DNA of 63,975 bases, filler included, from an uncultured Methanosarcinales archaeon (GTDB lineage Archaea; Nanobdellota; Nanobdellia; Woesearchaeales; CAYSVS01): NCBI GenBank assembly GCA_964434475.1. It is 21 parts of 21 records of this genome, joined end to end, with 100 filler letters (N's around TTAATTAATTAA, not from the genome) between each part and the next. Parts side by side here need not be neighbours in the genome. Positions count along the whole stretch, not along the records: positions 1 to 4,171 come from CAYSVS010000085.1; positions 4,272 to 8,328 come from CAYSVS010000086.1; positions 8,429 to 12,129 come from CAYSVS010000089.1; 18 more parts are not named here. One strand, given 5' to 3'. Positions 1-10,119 of the stretch are shown piece by piece. Numbering within the stretch: the first letter of the stretch is position 1; each line of letters opens with the position of its first letter. Position numbers and translations under genes: made by a program. Below the pieces are notes generated by a model. That model was not told the origin of the DNA and did no database searches. It worked only from the letters and a program-made list of their open reading frames with translations.

Positions 1-53
1 AATTTATAAACCAACTTGATCAAATAAATTTTGCAGAATTATCGAATTTCACA
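1..53. repeat. Contig-end repeat A (probable end of a collapsed multicopy mobile element)
   Basis: TATAAACCAACTTGATCAAATAAATTTTGCAGAATTATCGAATTTCACA also at 16019-16068, 51587-51635 and reverse-complemented at 43453-43504, 59040-59087; always abuts a contig edge. Confidence 0.85.
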
Positions 54-173
54 ATCAAGAAATACGATAAGAACATATTTGTAGTGAGTTTAGGCCTGTC
101 CATATTCCTGGAGCTTATGTTGCATGGCATTATTCTGAAACTTTAAATTAGAACATTATCTTCTTAATTGATT

Positions 174-707
174 TTATAGGCTGTACCTTTTGATAAACTG
201 CCCGAAAGCAAAGAATGCCTTGTCAACATCTCTTGTGTTTTTCGGAAGAAATTGTCTGTATTCTTTGTATAATTCTAATTTTTTCTTATCATTATCTGGC
301 AGTTCTTGTACAACGCCTTTATTTATGTATCTGAATGCTCTATAAACATGTTGATCAAAGATTGGAAATTTTTCAGGATTTATTATATGCTTAAGAAATA
401 TCTTCCATATCGCTGCATCATAATGCTTGAACTCTTCTTCAAATCTATCATTGTCATAATTTTGTTTCAGGCTATTGATTTCATTAATCTTTGATTTTAT
501 CTTCTCATCAATGCCTTTTTGTTTATTTTTTGATAATTTGCCGCCATTTTTCCAGTAAAAAAGAGAATCTAGAGAGTTAACATTATGATTCTGTTTCCCT
601 ATATTATTATCATACATATGTTCATTATTATCTGCATAGTGCTTTTTCCAAAAATCAACAAAATCGTCAAAATCAACATCTTCTGCCTTAAGTATCTTGT
701 AGGCCAT
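174..707 (-). CDS. Hypothetical protein (177 aa)
   Basis: ATG-started ORF with protein-like composition; FPIFDQHVYRAF segment looks conserved but no function assignable. Confidence 0.7.
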   Translation of the reverse strand: MAYKILKAEDVDFDDFVDFWKKHYADNNEHMYDNNIGKQNHNVNSLDSLFYWKNGGKLSKNKQKGIDEKIKSKINEINSLKQNYDNDRFEEEFKHYDAAIWKIFLKHIINPEKFPIFDQHVYRAFRYINKGVVQELPDNDKKKLELYKEYRQFLPKNTRDVDKAFFAFGQFIKRYSL

Positions 708-743
708 GGTAATGCTTTATATTAGCTATATAAAAAACTAACT

Positions 744-2444
744 ATGCATAACCTAAAGTTTTTTAAAACTTATTCATTATACCCATTTATTATGGTTAGT
801 AGAGTAGACTTTTGGCAGAAATATAATGAAAAAAAACTATATTCTGATACTGATAAGATGTTTCCTAAGTTAGATCAACATTTTGAAGTTATCAAAGAAC
901 TTTTTGGAAGAAAACAGGATAAAGATATGTTGTTCTTTTTATCTGAACGAAATAAGACGTTTAAGTCAATATTTTCTGATAGTCTAGATAAAACTGGCAA
1001 ACTAAAGAAAGATAAAACAAGTGTTGAAGATTTCATAAAACATTCGTATAGGCTTCTGAACAAGTTTAAAAGAGAGCAGAATAAAATAAGGGATTTGGAA
1101 TCTGCGATAAAAAAAAGCGAATTTCAAGATAAAAAGAAGAATATTAAAACCCAGGTTATGGGATTACTTAAGGATGATTATGCAAAAAAATATTTTGGAA
1201 GACGTTTTTCTGGTCTTTTAGATATAGCGATAGGTGATTTTAGTAGTTTGGATAATCTACTAGTAGGAATAGATAAAGATACTAAGATAAGATTCAGGAA
1301 AAACATGCCTACTCTTGCCCTTATACTTAAGTATGGCGGATTAGTCGATCAGAAGATACATGTTAAGATGGATGGTACTGTAAGGAAAAATAAAAAAGAA
1401 TTACTGCATACTGGCTTAAATAAATTATACGATTGTATAACTGCAATGCATACTGATAAAAACACTTATGATTTTAAGAGGAAATCTTATGGGGCAATAT
1501 TGAAATTATTAAGTAAGCGAAAAAATTATTTTAAGGAAGATCTGTTCAAAAAAACATTAGACCGATTATCTGAAATGGCAAATATGGATGGATTCATGTG
1601 GGAAAAATCCAAATTGTTCAGGGATCTAGGTGATTTGAGAAGTCTAAGGCGTATGATTCTGAAAGATTTTGACCATATCAGTCATTTCAAGGACATTCCT
1701 GAACATTATAATAAACAATGGATAAGTAAAACAGGATTTACTGAATTATTAAGGGTAAGAGCAGAAGACTATAAAACCGACATAGATAAGATAAAGTTCG
1801 GTCTTGATGTAGCATTAAAATATGAAAAGACCTATTCTCAAGTTGATTCAGATATAGAATATAAAAATATATTGTTCTCTCTGCTTCATCCTAGGGTCTT
1901 GAAGATCGCTAGAAAAGATAGGGATTATGAAGATATAACTTTTGATGAGATAAGAAGTTTATTGGAAAGCAACAAATCTGAAAAATATTTTGATGCTATA
2001 TGTGATATAGAAAGGCATTATCTTGAGAATAAAAATATTAGACGTGCATATATGTGGAACCAGTTTCTTGGAGTGGAAATGGGTTTTGAAGATTATAGAT
2101 CATCAGTTGAAAAAAATTATAATGTACAAAAAAACAATGACGATTCTTCAACAGAGTATATAGAAGAAAAGATAGAACCTTTTTCTGAGATTGATGAATT
2201 GACAAATAAAAAAGATTACGATATCGATAGGATAGAAGAGCTAGAAAAGAATGTCAGACAATATGTCGAAGATAATTTTGGTGAGCCTGGTGATGAAACT
2301 TGTGGTGATATGGTTTCTAGATTTTTGGACTATATAGTCTCTGGAAAAAGAAAAGTGATAAGAGATAGAAATATTAAGTATACTTCAGATTTAAGACGTA
2401 TACAAGATAAACTAGGTTTTTATGATAAAAAACCTAAACCTTAG
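744..2444 (+). CDS. Hypothetical Lys/Asp-rich protein (start may be a downstream Met)
   Basis: 566-codon ORF, no recognisable motif. Confidence 0.7.
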   Translation: MHNLKFFKTYSLYPFIMVSRVDFWQKYNEKKLYSDTDKMFPKLDQHFEVIKELFGRKQDKDMLFFLSERNKTFKSIFSDSLDKTGKLKKDKTSVEDFIKHSYRLLNKFKREQNKIRDLESAIKKSEFQDKKKNIKTQVMGLLKDDYAKKYFGRRFSGLLDIAIGDFSSLDNLLVGIDKDTKIRFRKNMPTLALILKYGGLVDQKIHVKMDGTVRKNKKELLHTGLNKLYDCITAMHTDKNTYDFKRKSYGAILKLLSKRKNYFKEDLFKKTLDRLSEMANMDGFMWEKSKLFRDLGDLRSLRRMILKDFDHISHFKDIPEHYNKQWISKTGFTELLRVRAEDYKTDIDKIKFGLDVALKYEKTYSQVDSDIEYKNILFSLLHPRVLKIARKDRDYEDITFDEIRSLLESNKSEKYFDAICDIERHYLENKNIRRAYMWNQFLGVEMGFEDYRSSVEKNYNVQKNNDDSSTEYIEEKIEPFSEIDELTNKKDYDIDRIEELEKNVRQYVEDNFGEPGDETCGDMVSRFLDYIVSGKRKVIRDRNIKYTSDLRRIQDKLGFYDKKPKP

Positions 2445-2952
2445 ATTTTTTGGCTTTATCGCTGATAATTGCACTATTTCCTGTAGGATCTTCTATTGTT
2501 ATCTTAAGCTTTTCCTGACCCCATATAACTTTCTGTAGTTTTTTTAGTAATTTTTTTGCTTTCTTTTTTGCAGTAGGATCATCTTCACCGTCTCTTGCTG
2601 TTTCTATTACTTTTTTTACCCTTTCAAGCAGTCCTTGTACATTGCTGATAAAGCCTATTGAAGAAGGACCTGGTGTTATCGTGATAACATGCGGTATTTT
2701 GATAGTAGCTTCTGAGCTTTTTACTATTCTTATGTTCATGTCGTCTTCAGAATTTATCTCTATCGTATACTTAGCTGGTTCATGTTCTTCAGCAGCTTCA
2801 ACATCTGCTTTATGGTATTTGCAGTTGCTGCAGGTCATAGAAAAAACATATAGTTTACCGAAGTAAGGAACTTCTGTGTCCTCTTCCATCAATGTCAGAG
2901 TCTTTTGTCTGCATATCGGACATATTTCGCCTTCAATCTTTTCTTGAGCCAT
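2434..2952 (-). CDS. Archaeal ZPR1 zinc-finger protein
   Basis: CPIC...VPYFG...CSNC zinc finger, IRIVKSSEATIKIP, IEDPTGNSAI motifs. Confidence 0.92.
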   Translation of the reverse strand: MAQEKIEGEICPICRQKTLTLMEEDTEVPYFGKLYVFSMTCSNCKYHKADVEAAEEHEPAKYTIEINSEDDMNIRIVKSSEATIKIPHVITITPGPSSIGFISNVQGLLERVKKVIETARDGEDDPTAKKKAKKLLKKLQKVIWGQEKLKITIEDPTGNSAIISDKAKKSKV

Positions 2953-3175
2953 AGGTATTAGAAAATGTTTTTTGGTTTAAATAGTTTGTGATTTTACTAT
3001 TTCTTCTGCTTTTTTGAAATGTGCTTGTCATATATGTGCTTCTCGAGATTAGAATCTTGATAAGTCGTATTTTTAGGCTTGTGTGAGCCTTTATCTAATT
3101 TATTTCTTATTTTTACCATTAAATTTATAAATTCTGCGTATTTTTACTACTTATTGATAATGTCAGGGTATTGAT

Positions 3176-4054
3176 ATGATAAATTCAGATTTTATTAAGA
3201 ATAATTTCAAAAAATATTTATTGGTTGCTTATTCTAGTTTTCATCTTGTTTTAGCTTCATATGCAGATAATCTTGGTGAGAGATTTGCCCATATTGCTCA
3301 ATCTGTTATTGCTGCAACATCTCCTTTTGTTGCTTTGTCTTTAGATAGTGCTTATTTTTTGACTGGCTGCGGCGGTGGTGGCGGCGGAGGAGAAGAAGCA
3401 GAATCTGGCGGCGGAGCTCCTGTTGAGCAGAATACACTTCCTAATTTTTCAGTTAAAGAATTGTCTGATTTTTTTGAAGGCACTACTCTTGATGTTCGAT
3501 TATTGACAGATTATGAAACGCAATCAGGTGAATATTTCAAATTAAACTGCAGTTCTAATGATAACAGTTCTTCATTTAGTAAAGTTTTTTCAGATAAAAA
3601 ATGTGCTTTAGAATTAGAACCTGGCAAGTGGAACTATTTTGCAGAATTTATAAAAAATAATCATTCTGAAGCAGAAAGCGATATAGATTCTTTGAATATA
3701 TATATATTGGAAGAAAACATACAGGATTATATAGAAAAATCACTAGATTCATTTGTTGACTCAGGTTATTATGTTTATGGATCAGATAAAATAGAATCCT
3801 ATGAAATGGGAGTAATGCATGAATTGCCTGATTTTGATAATGGAACCGTAGTTTCAACTTCAGCATATGCTACAATCAATCTGGATTCAGGCAGAAGTTT
3901 TGTATTTTTAGAAAATGGTACTTCAGATTATGTTAAAGATCTGTTTAAAGAAGTAGGATATAATATCAAAGAAATGGATAATTTAGTACTGCCTGAAGAT
4001 ATAACAGATGTAATTAAATCAGAATATCAACATAATTGGACAGGCAATTATTAA
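3176..4054 (+). CDS. Hypothetical acidic, probably exported protein with Gly tract
   Basis: Hydrophobic N-terminus, FLTGC followed by GGGGGGG linker. Confidence 0.65.
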   Translation: MINSDFIKNNFKKYLLVAYSSFHLVLASYADNLGERFAHIAQSVIAATSPFVALSLDSAYFLTGCGGGGGGGEEAESGGGAPVEQNTLPNFSVKELSDFFEGTTLDVRLLTDYETQSGEYFKLNCSSNDNSSSFSKVFSDKKCALELEPGKWNYFAEFIKNNHSEAESDIDSLNIYILEENIQDYIEKSLDSFVDSGYYVYGSDKIESYEMGVMHELPDFDNGTVVSTSAYATINLDSGRSFVFLENGTSDYVKDLFKEVGYNIKEMDNLVLPEDITDVIKSEYQHNWTGNY

Positions 4055-4118
4055 TATTAAAGATGAAACTTAGAAATATGATGCGCCAAGGGATAATATT
4101 GATTTTTCTTCTTATCTT

Positions 4119-4171
4119 ACTGGAGTTGTGCAGATTTAAACTCTAGCCTTGGCTAAACCTCTAAATATTGC
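4119..4171. repeat. Contig-end repeat B (probable mobile-element end)
   Basis: ACTGGAGTTGTGCAGATTTAAACTCTAGCCTTGGCTAAACCTCTAAATAT also at 8275-8328, 51437-51486 and reverse-complemented at 56700-56749. Confidence 0.85.
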
Positions 4172-4271
4172 NNNNNNNNNNNNNNNNNNNNNNNNNNNNN
4201 NNNNNNNNNNNNNNNTTAATTAATTAANNNNNNNNNNNNNNNNNNNNNNNNNNNNNNNNNNNNNNNNNNNN

Positions 4272-4322
4272 TATCAAGTAGATATATAGAGTTTACGTTT
4301 TTGCTAATTTTGCAAAGTTCCC
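4272..4322. repeat. Contig-end repeat C (probable IS5-like element end)
   Basis: Reverse complement of GGGAACTTTGCAAAATTAGCAAAAACGTAAACTCTATATATCTACTTG; other copies at 19536-19586, 32234-32281, 35270-35319, 37910-37959. Confidence 0.85.
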
Positions 4323-4450
4323 TTCATAATAAAAATATAATTTATGTTAATGTATAAATAGTCAGTAAATGCTAGAACAATATAATTCCATAAAAAAGCT
4401 TATAAATGATTACTTAAATTCTTTTTTAGTATCAAAAGAGGTATTTAATT

Positions 4451-6097
4451 ATGGCAAGAAAAGTAAGCGCTGAAGAGTTAGCAAAAAAACAAAGAGACAT
4501 AGGAGTTGCAGAGTTCTTTGCAAAAAACAGGCATTTGCTAGGGTTTGACAATAAAAGAAAAGCTTTGATGACTACAATAAAAGAATCTGTAGATAATGCT
4601 TTAGATGCTTGTGAAGAAGCTAGGATTCTACCTGAAATTATAGTTGAAGTAATTGATATGGGTAATGACAGATTTAAGGTCATAGTAGAGGATAATGGCC
4701 CAGGCATAGTTAAGAAACAGATTCCAAAAATATTTGCAAAATTATTGTACGGAAGCAAGTTCCATTCTATGAAGCAGAGCAGAGGACAGCAAGGTATAGG
4801 TATAAGCGCAAGCGTAATGTACGGGCAATTGACTACAGGAAGACCTGCAAAAATAACTTCAAAAATATCGAAAGATAGTCAAGCATATTATTATGAGTTA
4901 AAGATAAATACGCAGAGGAACGTTCCAGAGATAATAAAAGAAGAAAAGACAGAATGGCAGAAAGATCACGGAACAAAAATAGAGATAGATATTGAAGCAA
5001 GTTATCAAAAGGGTTCTCAATCAATCGATGAATATCTAAAAGAAACAGCAATATCTAATCCACATGCTACAATAATATATACCAATCCAAAGGCAGAACA
5101 GATAATATTTCCAAAAGCGGCAGAAACTTTGCCTGAAGAGCCTAAAGAGATAAAACCGCACCCTTATGGTGTAGAATTAGGCATATTGATGAATATGCTA
5201 AAATATACAGACACAAAATCTTTACAGAATTTCTTGACACAAGAATTCAGCAGAGTAGGAAGCGGAACAGCAAAACACATATGCGAAAACGCATCTTTAC
5301 TGCCAAAAACAAAACCTAAAAAGATTTCCAGGGAAATGGCAGAAAAACTGATGCAAGGTATAAAGAAAACAAAATTGATAAATCCGCCAACAGACTGCAT
5401 AAGTCCGATAACTGATGAACTATTAGAAAAAGGCTTGAGAAAAGAGATCAATGCCGAATTTTACGCTTCAGTCTCAAGAAGTCCTGTAGTATACAGAGGA
5501 AATCCTTTCGCTATAGAAGCTGCTGTTGCATACGGAGGAGAACAGAAAGGCGATGATACCATAAGGATAGCGAGGTTTGCAAACAGAGTTCCTTTATTAT
5601 ATCAACAAGGAGCTTGTGCTATTACTAAAGCTATCACAGGAACAAACTGGAGAAGTTATGGATTAAGCCAAAGTTCTGGAAATATACCTATAGGGCCATG
5701 TACGATAGTAGTACATATAGCTTCAGTATGGGTGCCGTTTACATCAGAAAGTAAAGAAGCTATCGCACATTATCCTGAAATTATCAAAGAGATAAAATTG
5801 GCATTACAAGAGATAGGAAGAAAATTAGCAAGTTATGTGAGAAAAAGAAAAAAGATAGCTGACGAAGCAAAAAAAAGAAACTATATAGAAAAATACATCC
5901 CGCATGTTGCAATAGGTTTGAAAGAGATACTTAATCTAAAAGATTCTGAAGAAAGCAATATAGTGCATATGCTTGAAGAAGTTCTTGAAAAGAAAAGAGG
6001 TAAACTAGAACAGATTAAAGTGGAAAACAAAGATTATGATGAAGAGTTTGCAAAAATAGGCAAACAAGATGATGAAGAAGGTGATGACAGTGAGTAA
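4451..6097 (+). CDS. top6B: DNA topoisomerase VI subunit B
   Basis: GHKL motifs [38 protein letters not shown] and [12 protein letters not shown]; adjacent to subunit A. Confidence 0.97.
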   Translation: MARKVSAEELAKKQRDIGVAEFFAKNRHLLGFDNKRKALMTTIKESVDNALDACEEARILPEIIVEVIDMGNDRFKVIVEDNGPGIVKKQIPKIFAKLLYGSKFHSMKQSRGQQGIGISASVMYGQLTTGRPAKITSKISKDSQAYYYELKINTQRNVPEIIKEEKTEWQKDHGTKIEIDIEASYQKGSQSIDEYLKETAISNPHATIIYTNPKAEQIIFPKAAETLPEEPKEIKPHPYGVELGILMNMLKYTDTKSLQNFLTQEFSRVGSGTAKHICENASLLPKTKPKKISREMAEKLMQGIKKTKLINPPTDCISPITDELLEKGLRKEINAEFYASVSRSPVVYRGNPFAIEAAVAYGGEQKGDDTIRIARFANRVPLLYQQGACAITKAITGTNWRSYGLSQSSGNIPIGPCTIVVHIASVWVPFTSESKEAIAHYPEIIKEIKLALQEIGRKLASYVRKRKKIADEAKKRNYIEKYIPHVAIGLKEILNLKDSEESNIVHMLEEVLEKKRGKLEQIKVENKDYDEEFAKIGKQDDEEGDDSE

Positions 6098-7187
6098 AGG
6101 AGCAACAAAAAACATAATTAAAGAGATTAAAGATATTTCGAATAACATCTATAATAAGATAATAAAAAAGAAAGCGCCTGAAGTAAAGATGCCTTTGCGT
6201 AGTCTAAGTAATGTGAAATATGATCCCAAAGACGGATACTTTGAACTGATCGGAAAAATGAAATCAAGAACATTGACTGCAAACACAGTAAAAACATTTG
6301 CACAGACATTAAGAATGATGTCATTAAGCAAACAATTGGTAGAAACCAAAGATATTGCAACTAAAAGAGAGGCGTATTATGTTAGCAAGAACTGGGCAGA
6401 AGCAAGATTTAAGGAACAGCCCGAATCAGACACTGTGATGGACGATATAGAAGCTATGATGCTTGTAAATAGGGAACAGATGGGTTTTTTACCAGAAGAG
6501 AAAGGAGGAGACATTGCAGGACAGCTTACTGTAATAGATACTGATCAGGATACTGGAAAAGAAATAAAAATAGACTGCACCAAGTTTGGTTCAGGAGCAT
6601 ACAGCATCCCTAGTTCAGTAGAGGACCTAAAGTTTGAAACGAAAGCAGATTTTATTTTAGCTATAGAGACTGCAGGTATGTTCCAAAGGTTGGTCAAACA
6701 CAAGTTCTGGAAGAAAAGCAACGGAATTTTGATATCTATGGGAGGAGTACCTACAAGAGCTACAAGAAGGTTTATCAGAAAATTATCAGATGATATGAAC
6801 ATTCCAGTATATGCGTTTACTGATGGCGATCCATATGGATGGCTTAATATTTACCGTACTTTAAAAGTAGGTTCAGGAAATGCTGCACATATCAATGAAT
6901 TCTTTTGTGTACCTAAAGCTAAATTCTTCGGAATAACGGCAAAGGACATACTAAAATATAATCTTCCCACTCATCCACTTAAGGAAGTAGATATGAAGAG
7001 AATTAAAGATGGTATAAAAAACGATCCTTTTGTTAATCACCATAAAGAATGGCAAAAATGCTTAAGTGATCTGGGAAAGTTAAAGAAAAGAGCAGAACAG
7101 CAGTCATTGGCAGCGCATGGTTTAAATTTCGTGATTTCAGATTATCTGCCTGAGAAGCTGAATGATCCTAAAAGTTGGCTGCCTTGA
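6069..7187 (+). CDS. top6A: DNA topoisomerase VI subunit A (Spo11-like); true start uncertain by a few codons
   Basis: TKREAYY catalytic Tyr region, Toprim motifs AIETAGMF and FTDGDPYG. Confidence 0.96.
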   Translation: MMKKVMTVSKGATKNIIKEIKDISNNIYNKIIKKKAPEVKMPLRSLSNVKYDPKDGYFELIGKMKSRTLTANTVKTFAQTLRMMSLSKQLVETKDIATKREAYYVSKNWAEARFKEQPESDTVMDDIEAMMLVNREQMGFLPEEKGGDIAGQLTVIDTDQDTGKEIKIDCTKFGSGAYSIPSSVEDLKFETKADFILAIETAGMFQRLVKHKFWKKSNGILISMGGVPTRATRRFIRKLSDDMNIPVYAFTDGDPYGWLNIYRTLKVGSGNAAHINEFFCVPKAKFFGITAKDILKYNLPTHPLKEVDMKRIKDGIKNDPFVNHHKEWQKCLSDLGKLKKRAEQQSLAAHGLNFVISDYLPEKLNDPKSWLP

Positions 7188-7249
7188 AGGTATTTTTTAT
7201 TTTATTATACGAAATCTTTTTAAACTATTGCATAGTTCTTTTTGGTAAT

Positions 7250-7386
7250 GGGCCTGTAGCCTAGCCTGGATACTTGCTGTCCAAGCAAGGATCAGCACGT
7301 AGTGCAAATAGGGCGACAGCCTTCTATTCAAAAGCAAAGCTTTAGAAGTAAGCTGTAGACCGTGGGTTCGAATCCCTCCAGGCCCG
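7250..7386 (+). tRNA. tRNA-Arg(TCT) with two introns (D-loop ~7273-7310; canonical 37/38 at 7327-7350)
   Basis: Acceptor GGGCCTG/CAGGCCC, D stem GCCT/GGGC, anticodon stem ACAGC/GCTGT with CT-TCT-AA loop after removing inserts, T loop GTTCGAATC. Confidence 0.85.
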
Positions 7387-7413
7387 TTTTTGTTTTTTAT
7401 TTTCAAATTCATT

Positions 7414-7486
7414 GGCGCCGTGGCCAAGCGGCTAAGGCGATCGGCTGCAACCCGATTATTCCTGGGTTCAAGTCCCAGCGGCGCCT
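7414..7486 (+). tRNA. tRNA-Cys(GCA)
   Basis: Acceptor GGCGCCG/CGGCGCC, anticodon arm ATCGG-CTGCAAC-CCGAT, T arm CTGGG-TTCAAGT-CCCAG, discriminator T. Confidence 0.93.
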
Positions 7487-7587
7487 TTTTATTTCTTTTT
7501 TGTGTTATCGAACTTAATTTGCGAAGCAAAATTAGTGAAGATAGCACTTGTTTTTCCCAGGTTTTATTAAAAATCTGGTTTATGTCG

Positions 7588-7607
7588 CCAGCGGCGCCTT
7601 TTTATTT
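7588..7607 (+). repeat. 20-bp direct repeat of the tRNA-Cys 3' end (att-like)
   Basis: CCAGCGGCGCCTTTTTATTT identical to 7475-7494. Confidence 0.8.
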
Positions 7608-7667
7608 TTTATTCTATATAATGTATATGCCAAAAATTTTAAATAAACAAGTGTTTTCCAAGTTATT

Positions 7668-8240
7668 ATGAAAACAATAACCAAAGAAGAACTGATGTAT
7701 GAAGCATACGAATTTGCTAAAGAAATAGATAGAGGTTTCTTATTTATCCATCCGACAGACACAATTTATGGTATTGGCTGCGATGCAACAAACGATGAAG
7801 CTATCAAAAAATTAAGAAAAGTGAAGCAGATGGCTGAAAAACCAATCTCTGTGATAGCGCCAAGTATCCAATGGATAGATGAAAATTGTGTTATTAACGA
7901 TAAAGTTAAGGAATGGTTAGATAAACTGCCAGGACCTTATACATTAATATTAAAACTAAAAAATAATAACTGCGTTTCTGAATTGATACATCCAGAAGGA
8001 GATTCTTTAGGCATAAGGATACCTGATCATTGGTTTACCAGATTTGTCTCTGAATACGGGAAGCCTATCTGTACTACGAGTGCTAACGTAACAGGAAAAA
8101 CATACATGACCACAGAAGAAGATATCGACCCAGACATAAGGAAAGGCATACATTTCTGCATATATGAAGGCGAGAAAAAAGGCAAAGCCTCAAATATTGT
8201 ACACCTTGAAGGCGAAGAAACTAAAATTAGGGAAAGATAG
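7668..8240 (+). CDS. Threonylcarbamoyl-AMP synthase (YrdC/Sua5 family, single-domain TsaC type)
   Basis: HPTDTIYGIGCDA, LPGPYTLIL, GIRIPDH, TTSANVTG motifs. Confidence 0.93.
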   Translation: MKTITKEELMYEAYEFAKEIDRGFLFIHPTDTIYGIGCDATNDEAIKKLRKVKQMAEKPISVIAPSIQWIDENCVINDKVKEWLDKLPGPYTLILKLKNNNCVSELIHPEGDSLGIRIPDHWFTRFVSEYGKPICTTSANVTGKTYMTTEEDIDPDIRKGIHFCIYEGEKKGKASNIVHLEGEETKIRER

Positions 8241-8274
8241 ATCTTTCAGTTAGTTTTATAAATGTAAATAAGGT

Positions 8275-8328
8275 ACTGGAGTTGTGCAGATTTAAACTCT
8301 AGCCTTGGCTAAACCTCTAAATATTGCC
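8275..8328. repeat. Contig-end repeat B copy
   Basis: Matches 4119-4171. Confidence 0.85.
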
Positions 8329-8430
8329 NNNNNNNNNNNNNNNNNNNNNNNNNNNNNNNNNNNNNNNNNNNNTTAATTAATTAANNNNNNNNNNNNNNNN
8401 NNNNNNNNNNNNNNNNNNNNNNNNNNNNAT

Positions 8431-8577
8431 CATCCTTCTGGAGATCCAACTCCCTCAAAAGAAGATGAAGATATTTCTGAAAAACTATTTGAAGCTGGAA
8501 TTTTATTAGATATCAAGGTTATTGATCATGTGATTGTTGGAAAGGATAAATGGTATAGTTTTAAAGAAAAAGAATAA
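8431..8577 (+). CDS. radC: RadC-like JAB domain protein, C-terminal fragment (cut by contig edge)
   Basis: Hand translation HPSGDPTPSKEDEDISEKLFEAGILLDIKVIDHVIVG...stop; not in ORF track. Confidence 0.88.
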   Translation, partial: HPSGDPTPSKEDEDISEKLFEAGILLDIKVIDHVIVGKDKWYSFKEKE

Positions 8578-8580
8578 TCA

Positions 8581-10119
8581 TCATATCTTTTTGATTATTC
8601 CTTTCATCTTTCTTTCTTTATTTACAGAAGCGTAAAAATAAGCTTCATCCCTTGTGCCTTCTGTAATAAGTATGGTTACTTCCCCTATATGGCTTCTTCC
8701 GGTTCTGCCTTTCCTTTGAATCGATCTAATCTCAGAAGGAACAGGCTCGTAAAATATTACTTTATTTACGTTCGGAATATCAATCCCTTCTTCAGCAACC
8801 GAAGTAGCAATCATAATATTAATATCTCTTTGCCTAAACTTATCAATAATATCTTTTTGCTCTTTTTGGTTCATCCCTTTTAGTCGACCTTGTTTTGCCT
8901 GTCCAACAAACCGATGAATCTTAGCTTCAGATACTTGCTTTAATGTATCTTCTATAGAATCTATTGTATTCCTATATTGGGCAAATATTAGGATAAGCGA
9001 ATCACTTTCTTTCTTAAACTGTTCTTCAACTAATCTTTTCAAAACCTCCAGTTTGGGATGAGATAATTTTATATCTGATTTTGCAAGTATTATTCCTTTT
9101 TTTAAAAGCTCATGGTTCAAGAACATTTTCTCAGATCTTGAAAGCTTATTTTTTTCATCAAATTTATCAATGTATTTTAAAAAAGATTCAACCCCCTGTG
9201 TTTCGATAAGCTCAAGGCAGTGGTATGTTTGCAGTAATACAGATTGGTTATTATATGTTGCAAAAGCATAAGGTGTCCTTCCAAATCTGTTCTTTATGCT
9301 CATCCTTGCTCCGAGTATATCTTTTTTTGATATGTGGTTTGGTTTTTTGAAAGTAAGTATCCCTAATTTATTGAGCTTTGCCAGCTTTTCAAGAAAAAGA
9401 TCATATAGTGGCTTTTGAATCCTTCTTAAATCTTCATCCATAGGCACTTTAATCCAATTAATCCTAATATCTTTAATATACTCCTTAACACCGGCGTCAT
9501 CTTCAGACCTACTTTCTACATTCTTTATCTTAAGGTTCTCAAATATTTGGTTTATCTTTTTCTTTCTTGAGCCAGGAGAAGCAGTTAGGCCCAAGATTAG
9601 ACTTTTAAACTGTTTAGCAATCTCAACATAAGCGTAATTCTCTACAGCTTTATGCATCTCATCAAAAATTACAAGTCCAAAATCATCTAGGCAGTAAAGC
9701 TTATTTTCAAGATCATTCTTGATAGTTTGAGGTGTGGAGATGATGATTATAGCTTTTTCTAATAATTTTTTTCTTTTTTTAGGGCAGATGCTTCCAGAAA
9801 GCATTGTAATTTTATTTTCATCTATATTGATAAATTTCTTGCAGCTTTCATAGTGTTGCATCACTAATGGCTTTGTTGGAGCTAGGAATAATGTCTTTTT
9901 TGGCAGGATTTTAGCAATAACTAAAAAGGCAATTATTGTCTTTCCTAATCCTGTGGGTAGGATAACAGCCGTGTTTGCAGAACATGCACTTTTTGCAATA
10001 TCTATCTGGTATTGCTTTGAAAGAATTGTTTTTTCTTTAATATGTTTATGTTTTATATATTCATCTTTGCCGTATTCTGGCGTATCTTCTCTAAATATGA
10101 ATAGTTTTGTCTGAGCCAT
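8581..10119 (-). CDS. Hef/Mph1/FANCM-type SF2 helicase without C-terminal ERCC4 nuclease domain
   Basis: LPTGLGKT, APTKPLV, DEMH, LTASPG, ATSVAEEGIDIP, QRKGRTGR; ends shortly after motif VI. Confidence 0.9.
   Translation of the reverse strand: MAQTKLFIFREDTPEYGKDEYIKHKHIKEKTILSKQYQIDIAKSACSANTAVILPTGLGKTIIAFLVIAKILPKKTLFLAPTKPLVMQHYESCKKFINIDENKITMLSGSICPKKRKKLLEKAIIIISTPQTIKNDLENKLYCLDDFGLVIFDEMHKAVENYAYVEIAKQFKSLILGLTASPGSRKKKINQIFENLKIKNVESRSEDDAGVKEYIKDIRINWIKVPMDEDLRRIQKPLYDLFLEKLAKLNKLGILTFKKPNHISKKDILGARMSIKNRFGRTPYAFATYNNQSVLLQTYHCLELIETQGVESFLKYIDKFDEKNKLSRSEKMFLNHELLKKGIILAKSDIKLSHPKLEVLKRLVEEQFKKESDSLILIFAQYRNTIDSIEDTLKQVSEAKIHRFVGQAKQGRLKGMNQKEQKDIIDKFRQRDINIMIATSVAEEGIDIPNVNKVIFYEPVPSEIRSIQRKGRTGRSHIGEVTILITEGTRDEAYFYASVNKERKMKGIIKKI

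Noticed and set aside
4172..4271. Recurrent N-run/TTAATTAATTAA/N-run blocks
   Set aside because: Artificial contig linkers with stops in all six frames; ORFs ending in XXX-LIN are artefacts.
7197..7762. Short ORFs overlapping the tRNA genes
   Set aside because: Spurious frames across tRNA sequence.
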